A stretch of 64,000 nt of DNA, taken from positions 1,726,527 through 1,790,526 of the forward strand of contig CAWEBU010000006.1 of assembly GCA_963807405.1 (NCBI GenBank), written 5' to 3'. Each line of letters opens with the position of its first letter. The first letter of the stretch is position 1. The position numbers and the translations under genes were made by a program. This DNA is from an uncultured Acidobacteriota bacterium. GTDB taxonomy: Bacteria; Acidobacteriota; Vicinamibacteria; Vicinamibacterales; UBA2999. Of this stretch, positions 45,842-54,844 are shown piece after piece. Under the pieces are notes generated by a model. It made no database searches. It saw nothing but the letters and a program-made list of their open reading frames with translations, and was not told the origin of the DNA.

Positions 45842-47092
45842 ATGGGGTCCAGCGTGGCGACATCACAGGCCGACGGCGACGCGGCATCCTGGAAGCTCGC
45901 GGCGGCCGAAGCGGCGGCCGCGCTGGTCGAGCACGGCATGGTGGTCGGGCTCGGCAGCGGCTCGACGGCGTCGCTAGCCATTGCCGCCCTTGCGGCTCGC
46001 TGTCGCCAGGGCCTCCGCTTCCTCGGCATCGCCACGTCGGAGGAGACGGCCGCCCTCGCCTCTGGCGCGGGCATCCCCCTCCGTAGGCTCGACGTCCACC
46101 TCCGCGTGGACCTGACGATCGATGGCGCCGACCAGGTCGAACGCGGGACGCTCCACGCGCTCAAGGGCCGCGGCGGAGCCCTGCTGCGCGAGAAGATCGT
46201 GGCCGCCGCCAGCGATCGCCTCGTGCTCGTCGTGGACGACACCAAGCTGGTCGATCGACTCGGCGCGCCCACGCCGGTGCCGGTGGAGGTCGTCACCTTC
46301 GGTCTGGAGATGACGCACGCGGCGCTCGAAGCACTGGGAGCGACGGTGGAACTGCGCCTGACCGCCGCCGGCGTCCCGTTTGTCACCGACGGTGGCAACC
46401 GCATCCTCGATTGCCGCTTCGGCGCCATCGACGACCCGGCGGCGCTCGAGGCGCGTATCGCGCGGACCGTCGGGACGATCGAGAGCGGGTTGTTCGTCGG
46501 CCGGGCCGATCTGGTGCTGGTTGGCGGCGCCGGTGGGGTGCGGCGCCTGGAGCGCCCGCCGGCCGTCCGCCCGCGGATTCTCGTCGTGATGGGCGTCTCC
46601 GGCGCCGGCAAGACCACCATCGCCGGCGAGCTGGCCCGGCGTCTCGGGTGGCCGCTCGCCGAAGGCGACGCGCTGCACCCGGCATCGAACGTCGCCAAGC
46701 TGCGCGCGGGACAGCCGTTGACGGATGCCGACCGTGCGCCGTGGCTCGCCGCCGCGGCGGCGTGGGTGGATTGCCAGCGGGCCAGGGGCGAACCGGGGAT
46801 CCTCACCTGCTCGGCGCTGACGCGTCGCTATCGCGAGGTGATCGTCGGTGCGCGGCCCGACGTCCAGCTGGTCTACCTGCGCGGGGGTAGCCACCTCATC
46901 GCCGAGCGACTGGCCGGGCGGCACGGACACTTCATGCCGGCGGCGCTCTTGCCGAGCCAACTCGAGGTCCTTGAAGAGCCCGGCGACGACGAGGCACCGC
47001 TCGTCGTCGAGATCGGACCGGCCGCTGGCGACATCGCGGCCACGATCATCGAGCGGCTCGCCGCCTCCGACGGCCGTATGGAGCGACGCTGA
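45842..47092 (+). CDS. Ribose-5-phosphate isomerase A fused in frame to a gluconokinase (GntK)-like P-loop kinase
   Basis: N-terminal half: GLGSGSTA, DGADQV, KGRGGALLREK (RpiA). C-terminal half: VMGVSGAGKTTIA...GDALHP...DRAPWL (gluconokinase). There is no stop or frame change at the junction ...GGVRRLERPPAVRPRILVVMG... Confidence 0.75.
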   Translation: MGSSVATSQADGDAASWKLAAAEAAAALVEHGMVVGLGSGSTASLAIAALAARCRQGLRFLGIATSEETAALASGAGIPLRRLDVHLRVDLTIDGADQVERGTLHALKGRGGALLREKIVAAASDRLVLVVDDTKLVDRLGAPTPVPVEVVTFGLEMTHAALEALGATVELRLTAAGVPFVTDGGNRILDCRFGAIDDPAALEARIARTVGTIESGLFVGRADLVLVGGAGGVRRLERPPAVRPRILVVMGVSGAGKTTIAGELARRLGWPLAEGDALHPASNVAKLRAGQPLTDADRAPWLAAAAAWVDCQRARGEPGILTCSALTRRYREVIVGARPDVQLVYLRGGSHLIAERLAGRHGHFMPAALLPSQLEVLEEPGDDEAPLVVEIGPAAGDIAATIIERLAASDGRMERR

Positions 47093-47120
47093 CGGGGCGC
47101 CTGGCTCGGGGCCCCACGCG

Positions 47121-48125
47121 TCAGCGCGCCGCGAGCGTCAGCCAGGTCAGCTCGGGGCGGCAGTTGAAGCGCATCGGCACCACGCTGAAGCCGATACCGC
47201 GGTTCACGTACAGACGGTTGCCGGCGTTGCCATAGCCGGCGGCCGCCCACCCGTACCCGGAATCGGGGGCTTCGCCGATGAGCGCCATCCACGACCACTG
47301 CGGCAGGAACGGCATCTGGAACTGCCCGCCGTGGGTATGTCCGGCCAGGGCCACCGGCGACGCGCCAGCCGGCACGTCCTTGAAGGCGAGCGGGCTGTGC
47401 ATCAAGAGCAGCCGTGGCGCGTCGCCTGGAATCCCGGACAGCGCGGCCGGAACATCAGTGGCCCCGGCGGCCCACTCGTCCAGACCCGCCACGTAGAGGG
47501 CCCCAGCGGAGCCGCCGGCGTCGCCCCCCGGCGCCGGAAGCGTGACGGACTCGTTCCGCAGCACGGTGATCCTGGCAGCGCGCAGGCCCTCCGCCAGTTC
47601 GTCGGCGATCGTCGGCAGCGGCAGCGAGTTTTCCTTCCGCATCGCGTAGTCGTGGTTGCCGAGCACGACGAGAGTCGGGATGCCTGCCGCCGTCACCGGC
47701 CGCAACAGCGACACCACGTCCCGAATCTGTTTGCGCAGCCGCTCGAGATCCTCCTGTTCCAGCTCGCCGCGCGCTTCCTGCGGTTCACCGGACTCCTCGG
47801 TCGGGTGATACAGGAAGTCGCCCCCGATGAGCAGGGCGGCGGGACGCGCCTCCACCACGCGCGACAGGATGCGCGAGATGGTGTCGGTATTGGCGAACCA
47901 CATGCCGATCTGGAGGTCGGCGATGAAGGCCAGGCGCTGCCCCGCCCAGCCGCTCCCGAGGCCCGGCACCTGCACTGTCTCCTCGCGTTCGTCGATGAGC
48001 CGCGGCTCGATGCCGGCGCCCCACACGACGAGCAGCACGGCCAGACCAGCGAGCACAGCGACGCCGCGCACCACGTAGCGCCAGGTCGAGGCCGAGCGGC
48101 CCCGCAGCGAACTCTTGTCGTTCAT
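47121..48125 (-). CDS. Calcineurin-like metallophosphoesterase, membrane-anchored
   Basis: GAGGAG RBS before the ATG at 48125. Motifs IADLQ, GGDFLY, GNHDY and GHTHGGQ. Confidence 0.8.
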   Translation of the reverse strand: MNDKSSLRGRSASTWRYVVRGVAVLAGLAVLLVVWGAGIEPRLIDEREETVQVPGLGSGWAGQRLAFIADLQIGMWFANTDTISRILSRVVEARPAALLIGGDFLYHPTEESGEPQEARGELEQEDLERLRKQIRDVVSLLRPVTAAGIPTLVVLGNHDYAMRKENSLPLPTIADELAEGLRAARITVLRNESVTLPAPGGDAGGSAGALYVAGLDEWAAGATDVPAALSGIPGDAPRLLLMHSPLAFKDVPAGASPVALAGHTHGGQFQMPFLPQWSWMALIGEAPDSGYGWAAAGYGNAGNRLYVNRGIGFSVVPMRFNCRPELTWLTLAAR

Positions 48126-48282
48126 GAGGCTCCTCTCGATGGCGATGCAGATGCAAGGATGGATCCGCCAGCGCTGGGTGGCAAGGCCGCCTCGCGACCC
48201 GCGAAATGGCGCTTCTGCAGGACGTTCCAACGAAAGCGGAGTATGAGCCGTCCAAGGGACACACTGACACTCTGGAGCGACC

Positions 48283-49506
48283 ATGACACCTGCCCTTCTG
48301 CTCGCGGCCAGCCTGGCCATCCAATCGCCCGAACTCGCCGACGCCGACTCGGTCACCCGGCTCCTGGCGTCACTTCGCACCGCGGATCCGGCCATCTGCC
48401 AGCTGGCGGCGCGGTCGATCACGAACTTCGGGGGCGCCTGGGACGGTGAGATCGCCATGCCGATGCCGATGCCGACACCGATGCCGCGACCGATGCCGAT
48501 GCCCAGGGCCGGCGGCGTGAGGTTCGGGGGACAGCGGGCCGCCCGAGAACGCGAGCTTCGCCCGGAGACCGCGGCGCTCTCCGTGTTCCGCACAGCCCTC
48601 AGGGACGCGAGTCACTGCGTGCGGCACCTGTCCGCCCGGGTCATCGCCCGGGCCCGGCCGGCCTGGGCGGCCGGCGAGTTCACCGCCCTGGCCAGGCACG
48701 CCGAGGCCGGCTTCCGCGAAACCGGGGTGCTCGGACTGGGCGAACTCGAGGACCCGCAGACACTCGCCGCCATCTCGGCGGCCCTCGACGATGGTGATGT
48801 CGCGGTGCGGGCGATGGCGGCCTGGGCCCTGGGTGAGATGGAGCGGCTGGAGTCGATTCCAGCGCTGGCGAAGGCTCTGGGCGACGACTCGCCGCTCGTC
48901 CGACGACGCGTGGCCTGGGCACTCGGCGAGATCGAGGACGAGGCGGCGCTGCCGCCGCTCGAGCGCGCCCTGCGCGATCGCGCACCGGAAGTGCGCCGGA
49001 TGGCCGCCTGGGCCGTCGGCGAGATCGAATCGCGAAAGGGCGTCACGATGCTGACCGCGATCGCCAGGGAGGCCGACTGGGAAACGCGCCGGATGGCGGC
49101 GTGGGCGCTCGGAGAGATCGAGGATGCCGCCGCCGTGCCCGTGCTCGCACCACTCGTCAAGGACGCGGATGCGCGCGTGCGCCGCATGGCGGCGTGGGCG
49201 CTCGGCGAGATCGAGAGCGACACCGGCGTCGCCGTGCTGGCCCCGCTCGTGAACGACGCCGAGCTCGAGGTGCGGCTCACGGCGCTGTGGGCGCTCGGGG
49301 AGATCGAATCCAGCAGCGGCGTGAGCCTCCTGACTCCGCTGCTCGGCGATCCGGACGAGGACGTGCGCGCCGTGGCGGCGTGGGCGCTCGGCGAGATCGA
49401 AAGCTCCTCGGCCCTGCCGGCGCTTGAAGCCGCCCGCAACGACGGCTCGCCCACCGTCCGCCACGCCGTGAGGTGGGCCATCGCCCAGATCGACGATCGC
49501 CGCTAG
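48283..49506 (+). CDS. HEAT-repeat (PBS-lyase HEAT-like) protein with an (MP)n tract
   Basis: At least seven 31-aa repeats of the form VRRMAAWALGEIE....(A/G)(V/L)P.L..L. The N-terminal part contains MPMPMPTPMPRPMPMP. Confidence 0.8.
   Translation: MTPALLLAASLAIQSPELADADSVTRLLASLRTADPAICQLAARSITNFGGAWDGEIAMPMPMPTPMPRPMPMPRAGGVRFGGQRAARERELRPETAALSVFRTALRDASHCVRHLSARVIARARPAWAAGEFTALARHAEAGFRETGVLGLGELEDPQTLAAISAALDDGDVAVRAMAAWALGEMERLESIPALAKALGDDSPLVRRRVAWALGEIEDEAALPPLERALRDRAPEVRRMAAWAVGEIESRKGVTMLTAIAREADWETRRMAAWALGEIEDAAAVPVLAPLVKDADARVRRMAAWALGEIESDTGVAVLAPLVNDAELEVRLTALWALGEIESSSGVSLLTPLLGDPDEDVRAVAAWALGEIESSSALPALEAARNDGSPTVRHAVRWAIAQIDDRR
48457..48504 (+). repeat. Imperfect hexanucleotide tandem repeat (ATGCCG)x8
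   Basis: atgccg atgccg atgccg acaccg atgccg cgaccg atgccg atgccc, read directly. It encodes the (MP)n tract. Confidence 0.9.
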
Positions 49507-50522
49507 CCGGCCCGGCGGGCCGAACGCAGCTTGGCCGCGGCCGCTCGCGGGTTGGCGCGCACCTCGGCGGCCGAGGCGCGTGTCGCCTCGTCGCTCACGT
49601 CGGCGTAGATGCCCTCACGCCGCCCCGCCTGGAACGCCTTCTTCACCCGGCGATCCTCACCCGAATGAAAGGTGAGAATAGCCACGCGCCCGCCGGGCGC
49701 GAGGCTCGACGGCAGTGCACGCAGCAGCGCGTCGAGCGCGCCGAACTCGTCGTTCACCGCGATGCGCACGGCCTGGAAGACCCGTCGCACCGAGCGCCCG
49801 ACCTCCTCGGCGTCGGTCCGTGGCCGCGCCGACACCACGCCGTGCCTGACGGCGTCGGCGAGTTCCCGCGTCGTTGTCACGGTGCGGCCGGCCAGGTGGG
49901 CGGCGATGGCGGCGGCGTGCGGCTCGTCGGCGTTGTCCTCGAGCAGTCGTGTCAGGTCGGCGACGCCGAGACGCGCGAGCAGATCGGCGGCCGAAGAGCC
50001 ACGCGCGGGGTTCATCCGCATGTCGAGTGGCGCGTCGTCCTTGAAGGTGAAGCCGCGCTCCGGGTTGTCGAGCTGCATCGACGACACGCCGAGGTCGGCG
50101 AAGATGAGGTCGGCCGCCTCGATCGCCTCGCGCGCCAGGACCTGGGTGAGAGCGGCGAAGTTGGTGCGGTGGGCCGAGAAGACGTCGTCGCCGAAACCCG
50201 CCGCCCGCAGCCGCGCCTCGGTGCGCGGCAATTCGAGCGGATCCTGGTCGAGACCCACGAGCCGCCCGCCGGGCGACAGACGCTCGAGCACCACTCGCGC
50301 GTGGCCGCCGAAGCCGAGCGTGCAATCCACCGCCGCCTCGCCCGCCCGTGGCGCCAGCGCGGCGAGCATCTCGTCCACCATGATGGGCCGGTGCATGCCG
50401 GCGGGCGTCTTGCCGGCCTGCAGCACCTTGTCCACCTCGCTGGCGAAGCGCTCGGGCTGCAGTTCCTTGTACTTGTGGTGGAACGTGCGCGGATTCCTGC
50501 CGGGGTATCTCGGGCGCCGCAT
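49503..50522 (-). CDS. rsmH: 16S rRNA (cytosine1402-N4)-methyltransferase RsmH (MraW)-like
   Basis: HRPIMVDEMLAAL, DCTLGFGGHA, FADLGVSSMQLD and LTFHSGEDRRVK. Its stop overlaps the convergent HEAT gene stop in the palindrome CTAG. Confidence 0.8.
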   Translation of the reverse strand: MRRPRYPGRNPRTFHHKYKELQPERFASEVDKVLQAGKTPAGMHRPIMVDEMLAALAPRAGEAAVDCTLGFGGHARVVLERLSPGGRLVGLDQDPLELPRTEARLRAAGFGDDVFSAHRTNFAALTQVLAREAIEAADLIFADLGVSSMQLDNPERGFTFKDDAPLDMRMNPARGSSAADLLARLGVADLTRLLEDNADEPHAAAIAAHLAGRTVTTTRELADAVRHGVVSARPRTDAEEVGRSVRRVFQAVRIAVNDEFGALDALLRALPSSLAPGGRVAILTFHSGEDRRVKKAFQAGRREGIYADVSDEATRASAAEVRANPRAAAAKLRSARRAG

Positions 50523-50525
50523 CGC

Positions 50526-51086
50526 TCAGTCCCCCGCCCCAGCGGCCAGACGGCGCTGCACGAACCGCACGAGTTCCGGAAACGGCGCCCGGTCCACGAA
50601 GTGGCCGCGGTCCGTGTGTTCGAAGTAGTGGCAGGCCAGGCGGCTGGCCACGAAGCGGGCCTCGCTGACCGGGATGAGCGGATCGTCGACCGAGTGGAAC
50701 ACGCCGATCCACTGCTGGTGACGGCGGATGTCGGTCCAGCGCCACGGCTCCCGGTAGTAGCCGCTCGCCCGCTCGTCGGCATCGCCGAGGTCGGTGTGGC
50801 AGGGGCCGACGAGGACCGAGCCGAGGAGCCGGTGCGTTTCCGCGTAGCGCATGGCGGCGACCGCGCCCGAGGAATGGCCCACCAGCACCGTGCGCTCGTC
50901 GGCGCCGAGGCTGTCCAGGAACGGCAGCCAGACGCCGGCGCGCGCGCGGACGTTGTCGGGGAACGTGCGGTTCACGACCTCGAGGCCGAGCGCCGACAGG
51001 TCACGCTCGACGAACGGCAGCCAGCCGTCGGCCGCCGTCGAGCCGCCGTTGCCATGAATGAGGATGACTTTGCGAGCGGAGGCCAC
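50526..51086 (-). CDS. Alpha/beta hydrolase of the YdeN/RBBP9 serine-hydrolase type
   Basis: ILIHGNGG..., the nucleophile elbow GHSSGA, and a late conserved D and H (SVDDPLIP...HF). Start uncertain (GTG 51086 or upstream 51134). Confidence 0.65.
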   Translation of the reverse strand: MASARKVILIHGNGGSTAADGWLPFVERDLSALGLEVVNRTFPDNVRARAGVWLPFLDSLGADERTVLVGHSSGAVAAMRYAETHRLLGSVLVGPCHTDLGDADERASGYYREPWRWTDIRRHQQWIGVFHSVDDPLIPVSEARFVASRLACHYFEHTDRGHFVDRAPFPELVRFVQRRLAAGAGD

Positions 51087-51104
51087 AGGTGACCGTACAC
51101 TACA

Positions 51105-52487
51105 ATGCCTGAAGGGTCGTTGAGCCGCCCCCACGCTCCGTCGCCCGAGGAGTGCATGCCGGACGCACGCGAGTACAAATCTCTACTGAAACAGGCCGAG
51201 CAGGCCGTGCAGGCCGAGGACTTCGGCCGCGCGCACGATCACCTGCGTGACGCGCTGGAGCTCCAGGAGGCCGTGCTCGGACCGCGGCACCCCGACGTCG
51301 CGAGCACGCTGAACAACCTGGCCGTCGTCTGCGAGACGATCGACTTGCTCGACGAGGCGGAGCTCTTCTACCTGCGCGCCCACGACATCGCGGCGGGGGC
51401 CTTGCCGCCCACCGACCCGCTGGTCATCACGAGCCGCGAGAACCTGAAGGACTTCCGCGACGCCCGGCGGCTTCCCATGCCCGACTGGCCGGACATCGAC
51501 GGGCTCGAGCCCTCGACCGTCGCGCCGCCCGCAGCGCCGTTGCCGTCGATGCCGGCGCCACTGCTCGACTTCACCGCCACGGAGACGCCGCCAGAGACGG
51601 CGACCTCGGAGCCGGCGCTTCTTCCCGACGAACCGGTCACGCCCGCGCCTGTCGCTGAGGCGCCCGCCGCGCCCGCGCCCCGCGGCACCGCCGCGCCTGC
51701 AGCGCCGGCGGCCCCAGACAGCGCCACCGAGACGCCGGTGGTCCCGGTGCGGGCGGCCGCGGCTCCATCACGACCCGTCGAGCGGGTCGGGGCGAGCGGA
51801 GTGGCCGAGGGACGGACCGTCCTGTCTGAACGTCCGTGGCCGCCGCTGGCGCCGGCGCCGAAAGCGTGGCCGAGGCCACTCATCGCCGTTCTCGCACTGC
51901 TCGGGGCGGTCGGCCTCGTCATGCTGGTGGTCATGATGCCGTCGTGGCGTGGCGCGGCGCCCGGCGACCCGGTCGCGGGAGCGGCCCCTGAGGCGGCGTC
52001 GCCGCGGGAGCGCTCGGATCCGCCGCCGTCTCCCCCATCGCCTGCGACGACGCCGGCCACCGCGGCCGCTTCCACGGCGCCGGCGCCTGAATCCGGCGCG
52101 GCACCGGCGTCCACCGCTGCTTCCACCGCCGCGGCGACTGGCGCCGCGCAGGCGACGGCCGCTCCCGGCGTGCGGGTCGTCGTGGCCGACATGTGCGCGT
52201 CACTCGTGAGAGGGGAACCGTGGGACTGCCAGCCGCTCGCCACACCGGCCGCGCCGGGCCGCGCCGTGTTCTACACCCGCATCGCCTCGCCGACTGACCT
52301 GCGCGTGCAGCACCGCTGGTATCAGGGCACGGCGTTGCGGCAGAGCGCCAGCCTCGCGATCGGGGCCAATCCCTCCGCCGGCTACCGGACGTTCAGCCGG
52401 CTCGTGCTCACCCCCGGTGCCTGGCGGGTGGAATTGCGGACGGCCGACGGCACCCTGCTGCGCGACGTGACCTTCGACGTGCGCTGA
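51105..52487 (+). CDS. TPR - transmembrane - DUF2914-like protein
   Basis: N-terminal TPR-like helices (ASTLNNLAVVCETIDLLDEAELFYLRA). A Pro/Ala-rich linker and one TM (LIAVLALLGAVGLVMLVVMM). A C-terminal block with HRWYQG, resembling DUF2914. Alternative start at ATG 51156. Confidence 0.6.
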   Translation: MPEGSLSRPHAPSPEECMPDAREYKSLLKQAEQAVQAEDFGRAHDHLRDALELQEAVLGPRHPDVASTLNNLAVVCETIDLLDEAELFYLRAHDIAAGALPPTDPLVITSRENLKDFRDARRLPMPDWPDIDGLEPSTVAPPAAPLPSMPAPLLDFTATETPPETATSEPALLPDEPVTPAPVAEAPAAPAPRGTAAPAAPAAPDSATETPVVPVRAAAAPSRPVERVGASGVAEGRTVLSERPWPPLAPAPKAWPRPLIAVLALLGAVGLVMLVVMMPSWRGAAPGDPVAGAAPEAASPRERSDPPPSPPSPATTPATAAASTAPAPESGAAPASTAASTAAATGAAQATAAPGVRVVVADMCASLVRGEPWDCQPLATPAAPGRAVFYTRIASPTDLRVQHRWYQGTALRQSASLAIGANPSAGYRTFSRLVLTPGAWRVELRTADGTLLRDVTFDVR

Positions 52488-52504
52488 CGGCGGATCCGGA
52501 GGCG

Positions 52505-54248
52505 CTAGGGCATGAAGCCGTCGGCGCGAAAGACCTCGCGGCCTTCCTTCACGGTCCACAGCACGCGCAGGGCGTGCAGTTCGGATGGCGGCACGGCGTA
52601 GGGATCGCGGTCGAGCACGATGAGATCGGCGAACTTCCCGACGTCCAGGGCGCCGCTGTCGCTGTCCTCGAAGTTCACGTAGGCGCCGCCGCTCGTGTAG
52701 GCCCGCAGCGCCGTCGTCAGATCGAGGCGTTCATCGGGCAGCCAGGCCGGAGCGGCCGCGGCCGCGTCGAGGGCCTTGCGCGTGACCGCCACCTGGACAC
52801 CGTGGAGCGGGTTGACCGACGTCACCGACCAGTCGCTGCCTCCCGCCAGGCGTGCGCCCGCGCGCGCCAGCGAGGCGAACGGATACAGGTGCTGCGATCG
52901 CGCGGAGCCGAGCCGCGGTTCGGTCAGGTCGGTGATGAACGCGTCGGCGTAGGCCCACAGCGGCTGCATGTTCGCCACCACCCCGAGGGCGGCGAAGCGG
53001 GGCATGTCCGCCGGATCGACCAGCTGGATGTGCGCGATGTGGGCGCGCCGATCGCGCCGCCCGTTGGCCCGATCGGCGGCGGCGATCGCATCCAGGCCCT
53101 GACGGACCCCGGCGTCGCCGATGGCGTGCATGTGGGCCTGGAAACCATCGCGGTCGAGCCGGGTGACGAGGGCCGCGAGCGCGGCGTCGGTGAAGTTGGG
53201 AAGGCCGCGCGCGTCCGGCGACGACGGCGGCAGCGCGCGGGCGCCCGCGAGCGGCAGGTACGGCTCGAGCAGGTAGGCGGTGCCCGCCTCGATGACGCCG
53301 TCGACGAAGATCTTGACGGACGCGGCCGACAGACCCGGTTCCACCACCGCCTGCCGCGTGCGCGATGAAGGCGTCGACCTGGGTCGCGTCCTTCGCCGGG
53401 TCGGCGTAGAGGGAGAGACGGGCGCGGGCGGTCAGCCGGCCCTGCCGTGCCAGCGCCCGATAGGCGGCAATCGCGCCCTCGCCGGCGCTCGCCTCCTGGA
53501 ACGACACGATGCCGACGCGGTTCATCTCGTCCAGCGCCCGCACGAGCCCCGCCTCGTACTCGGCGGGCGTGGGCGGCGGGACGATCCGGCTGACCAGGGC
53601 GGTGGCCGACTCGCGGAGCACGCCGGTCGGCTCGCCGCGCCGGTCGCGCTCGATGATTCCAGCCGGCGGATCCGGGGTCTCTCGGGTGATGCCGGCGGCC
53701 CGCAGGGCGGCCGAGTTCACCCAGTAGGTGTGGCCGTCGGAGGAACTGAGCGCCGCGGGCTGCGCGCCGGTCATCCGATCGAGCGTCTGCCGATCCGGGG
53801 CGCCGCCGGGAAACGCCGTCAGCAGGAAGCCGCCGCCGACCAGCCACGGCCGGCCCTTCTGCACTTCGACGCACCGCGCCACGCCCGCCAGCGTGGCCTC
53901 CCCGCTCTCGAGACCGTTCAGGTTGCACTGCCCGAGTTCGACGCCGGCGCTGACGGGATGCACGTGCGCGTCGTGGAACGCCGGGAGTACCGCGCGGCCG
54001 CCGAGGTCGACGAACTTCGTGGACGGGCCGGCCGTCTGGCGGGCTTCGTCCGCCGTGCCGGCGACGATGATGCGGCCGTCACGCACGGCCAGGGCCTCGA
54101 CGCGGCTGGCCGCGGCATCGAGCGTGATGATGGGTCCGCCGAGCAGCACGAGGTCGGCAGGCGGCGACGGCGGAGCGGCGCCGCACGCGGCCGTCAGGAC
54201 CGCAGTCAGCGTCAGCGTCGTCGCGAGGACCCCGGTCCGCCGATTCAC
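52505..54248 (-). pseudogene. Amidohydrolase-3 (YtcJ-like) lipoprotein, split by a frameshift near 53350-53370
   Basis: The N-terminal part (lipobox LTAAC, FHDAHVHP) is in the frame of ORF 52731..54428. The C-terminal 280 aa (VKIFVDGV..., HIAHIQL, GGSDW) is in ORF 52505..53347. The GTG start at 54248 overlaps the upstream stop (GTGA). Confidence 0.7.
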
Positions 54249-54802
54249 CCGCGGACCCTGGTGGCCAGCCACACCAGCTCGCTCAGCATGCCGTCCACGC
54301 GCTTCTCGTAGGCGGTGTCGATGGCCGTGCCGTCGGCCGCAAAGCTGTCCTGCACCTTCGAGACCGCCACCGACTGCGGCAGCACGAAGGCCCCCATGTA
54401 GACCAGCACCGGGACGAGCTGCGCCCACGCATTCACGCCGCCGTGCCCGCCACCCGAGACGGTGACGATGGCGACCGGCGTGCGTTTGAACTGCGGCAGG
54501 AAGTAGTCGAGCGCGTTCTTGAGGGCGCCCGGATAGCCGTGGTTGTACTCCGGCGTCACGACGACCAGCGCGTCGGCGTCGGCAATCGCCTTGCCGAGGG
54601 CGGCCAGGCCCTCCGGCTCGGGCTCGACGCGGCCGAGCCGCTCCTCCATCACCGGCAGATCGATCGCCTGGAGATCGGCGAGTTCGGCCGCCACGCCATC
54701 GAGGCTCGCCAGACGTGACATGACGAAGGCGGCGACGCGGTCGCTCTTGCGGCCACGACGGACACTGCCCAGGAGCACGAGAACACGGATCGGATTCGAC
54801 AT
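54245..54802 (-). CDS. NADPH-dependent FMN reductase
   Basis: 185 aa. Motifs RVLVLLGSVRRGR and VVVTPEYNHGYPGALKNALD. Confidence 0.85.
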   Translation of the reverse strand: MSNPIRVLVLLGSVRRGRKSDRVAAFVMSRLASLDGVAAELADLQAIDLPVMEERLGRVEPEPEGLAALGKAIADADALVVVTPEYNHGYPGALKNALDYFLPQFKRTPVAIVTVSGGGHGGVNAWAQLVPVLVYMGAFVLPQSVAVSKVQDSFAADGTAIDTAYEKRVDGMLSELVWLATRVRG

Positions 54803-54844
54803 CTGAAAACTAAAGACGCCGCACGCCGGCCGCGCGGTTCCCGG

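Noticed and set aside
48790-49490. Regularly spaced about 93-nt repeats that could superficially suggest a CRISPR-like array.
   Set aside because: The repeats are contiguous coding units of a HEAT-repeat protein in one long ORF. There are no unique spacers and no cas genes.
49503-49506. The convergent HEAT and rsmH genes share overlapping stop codons in the palindrome CTAG.
   Set aside because: A curiosity of tight convergent packing, with no evidence of function.
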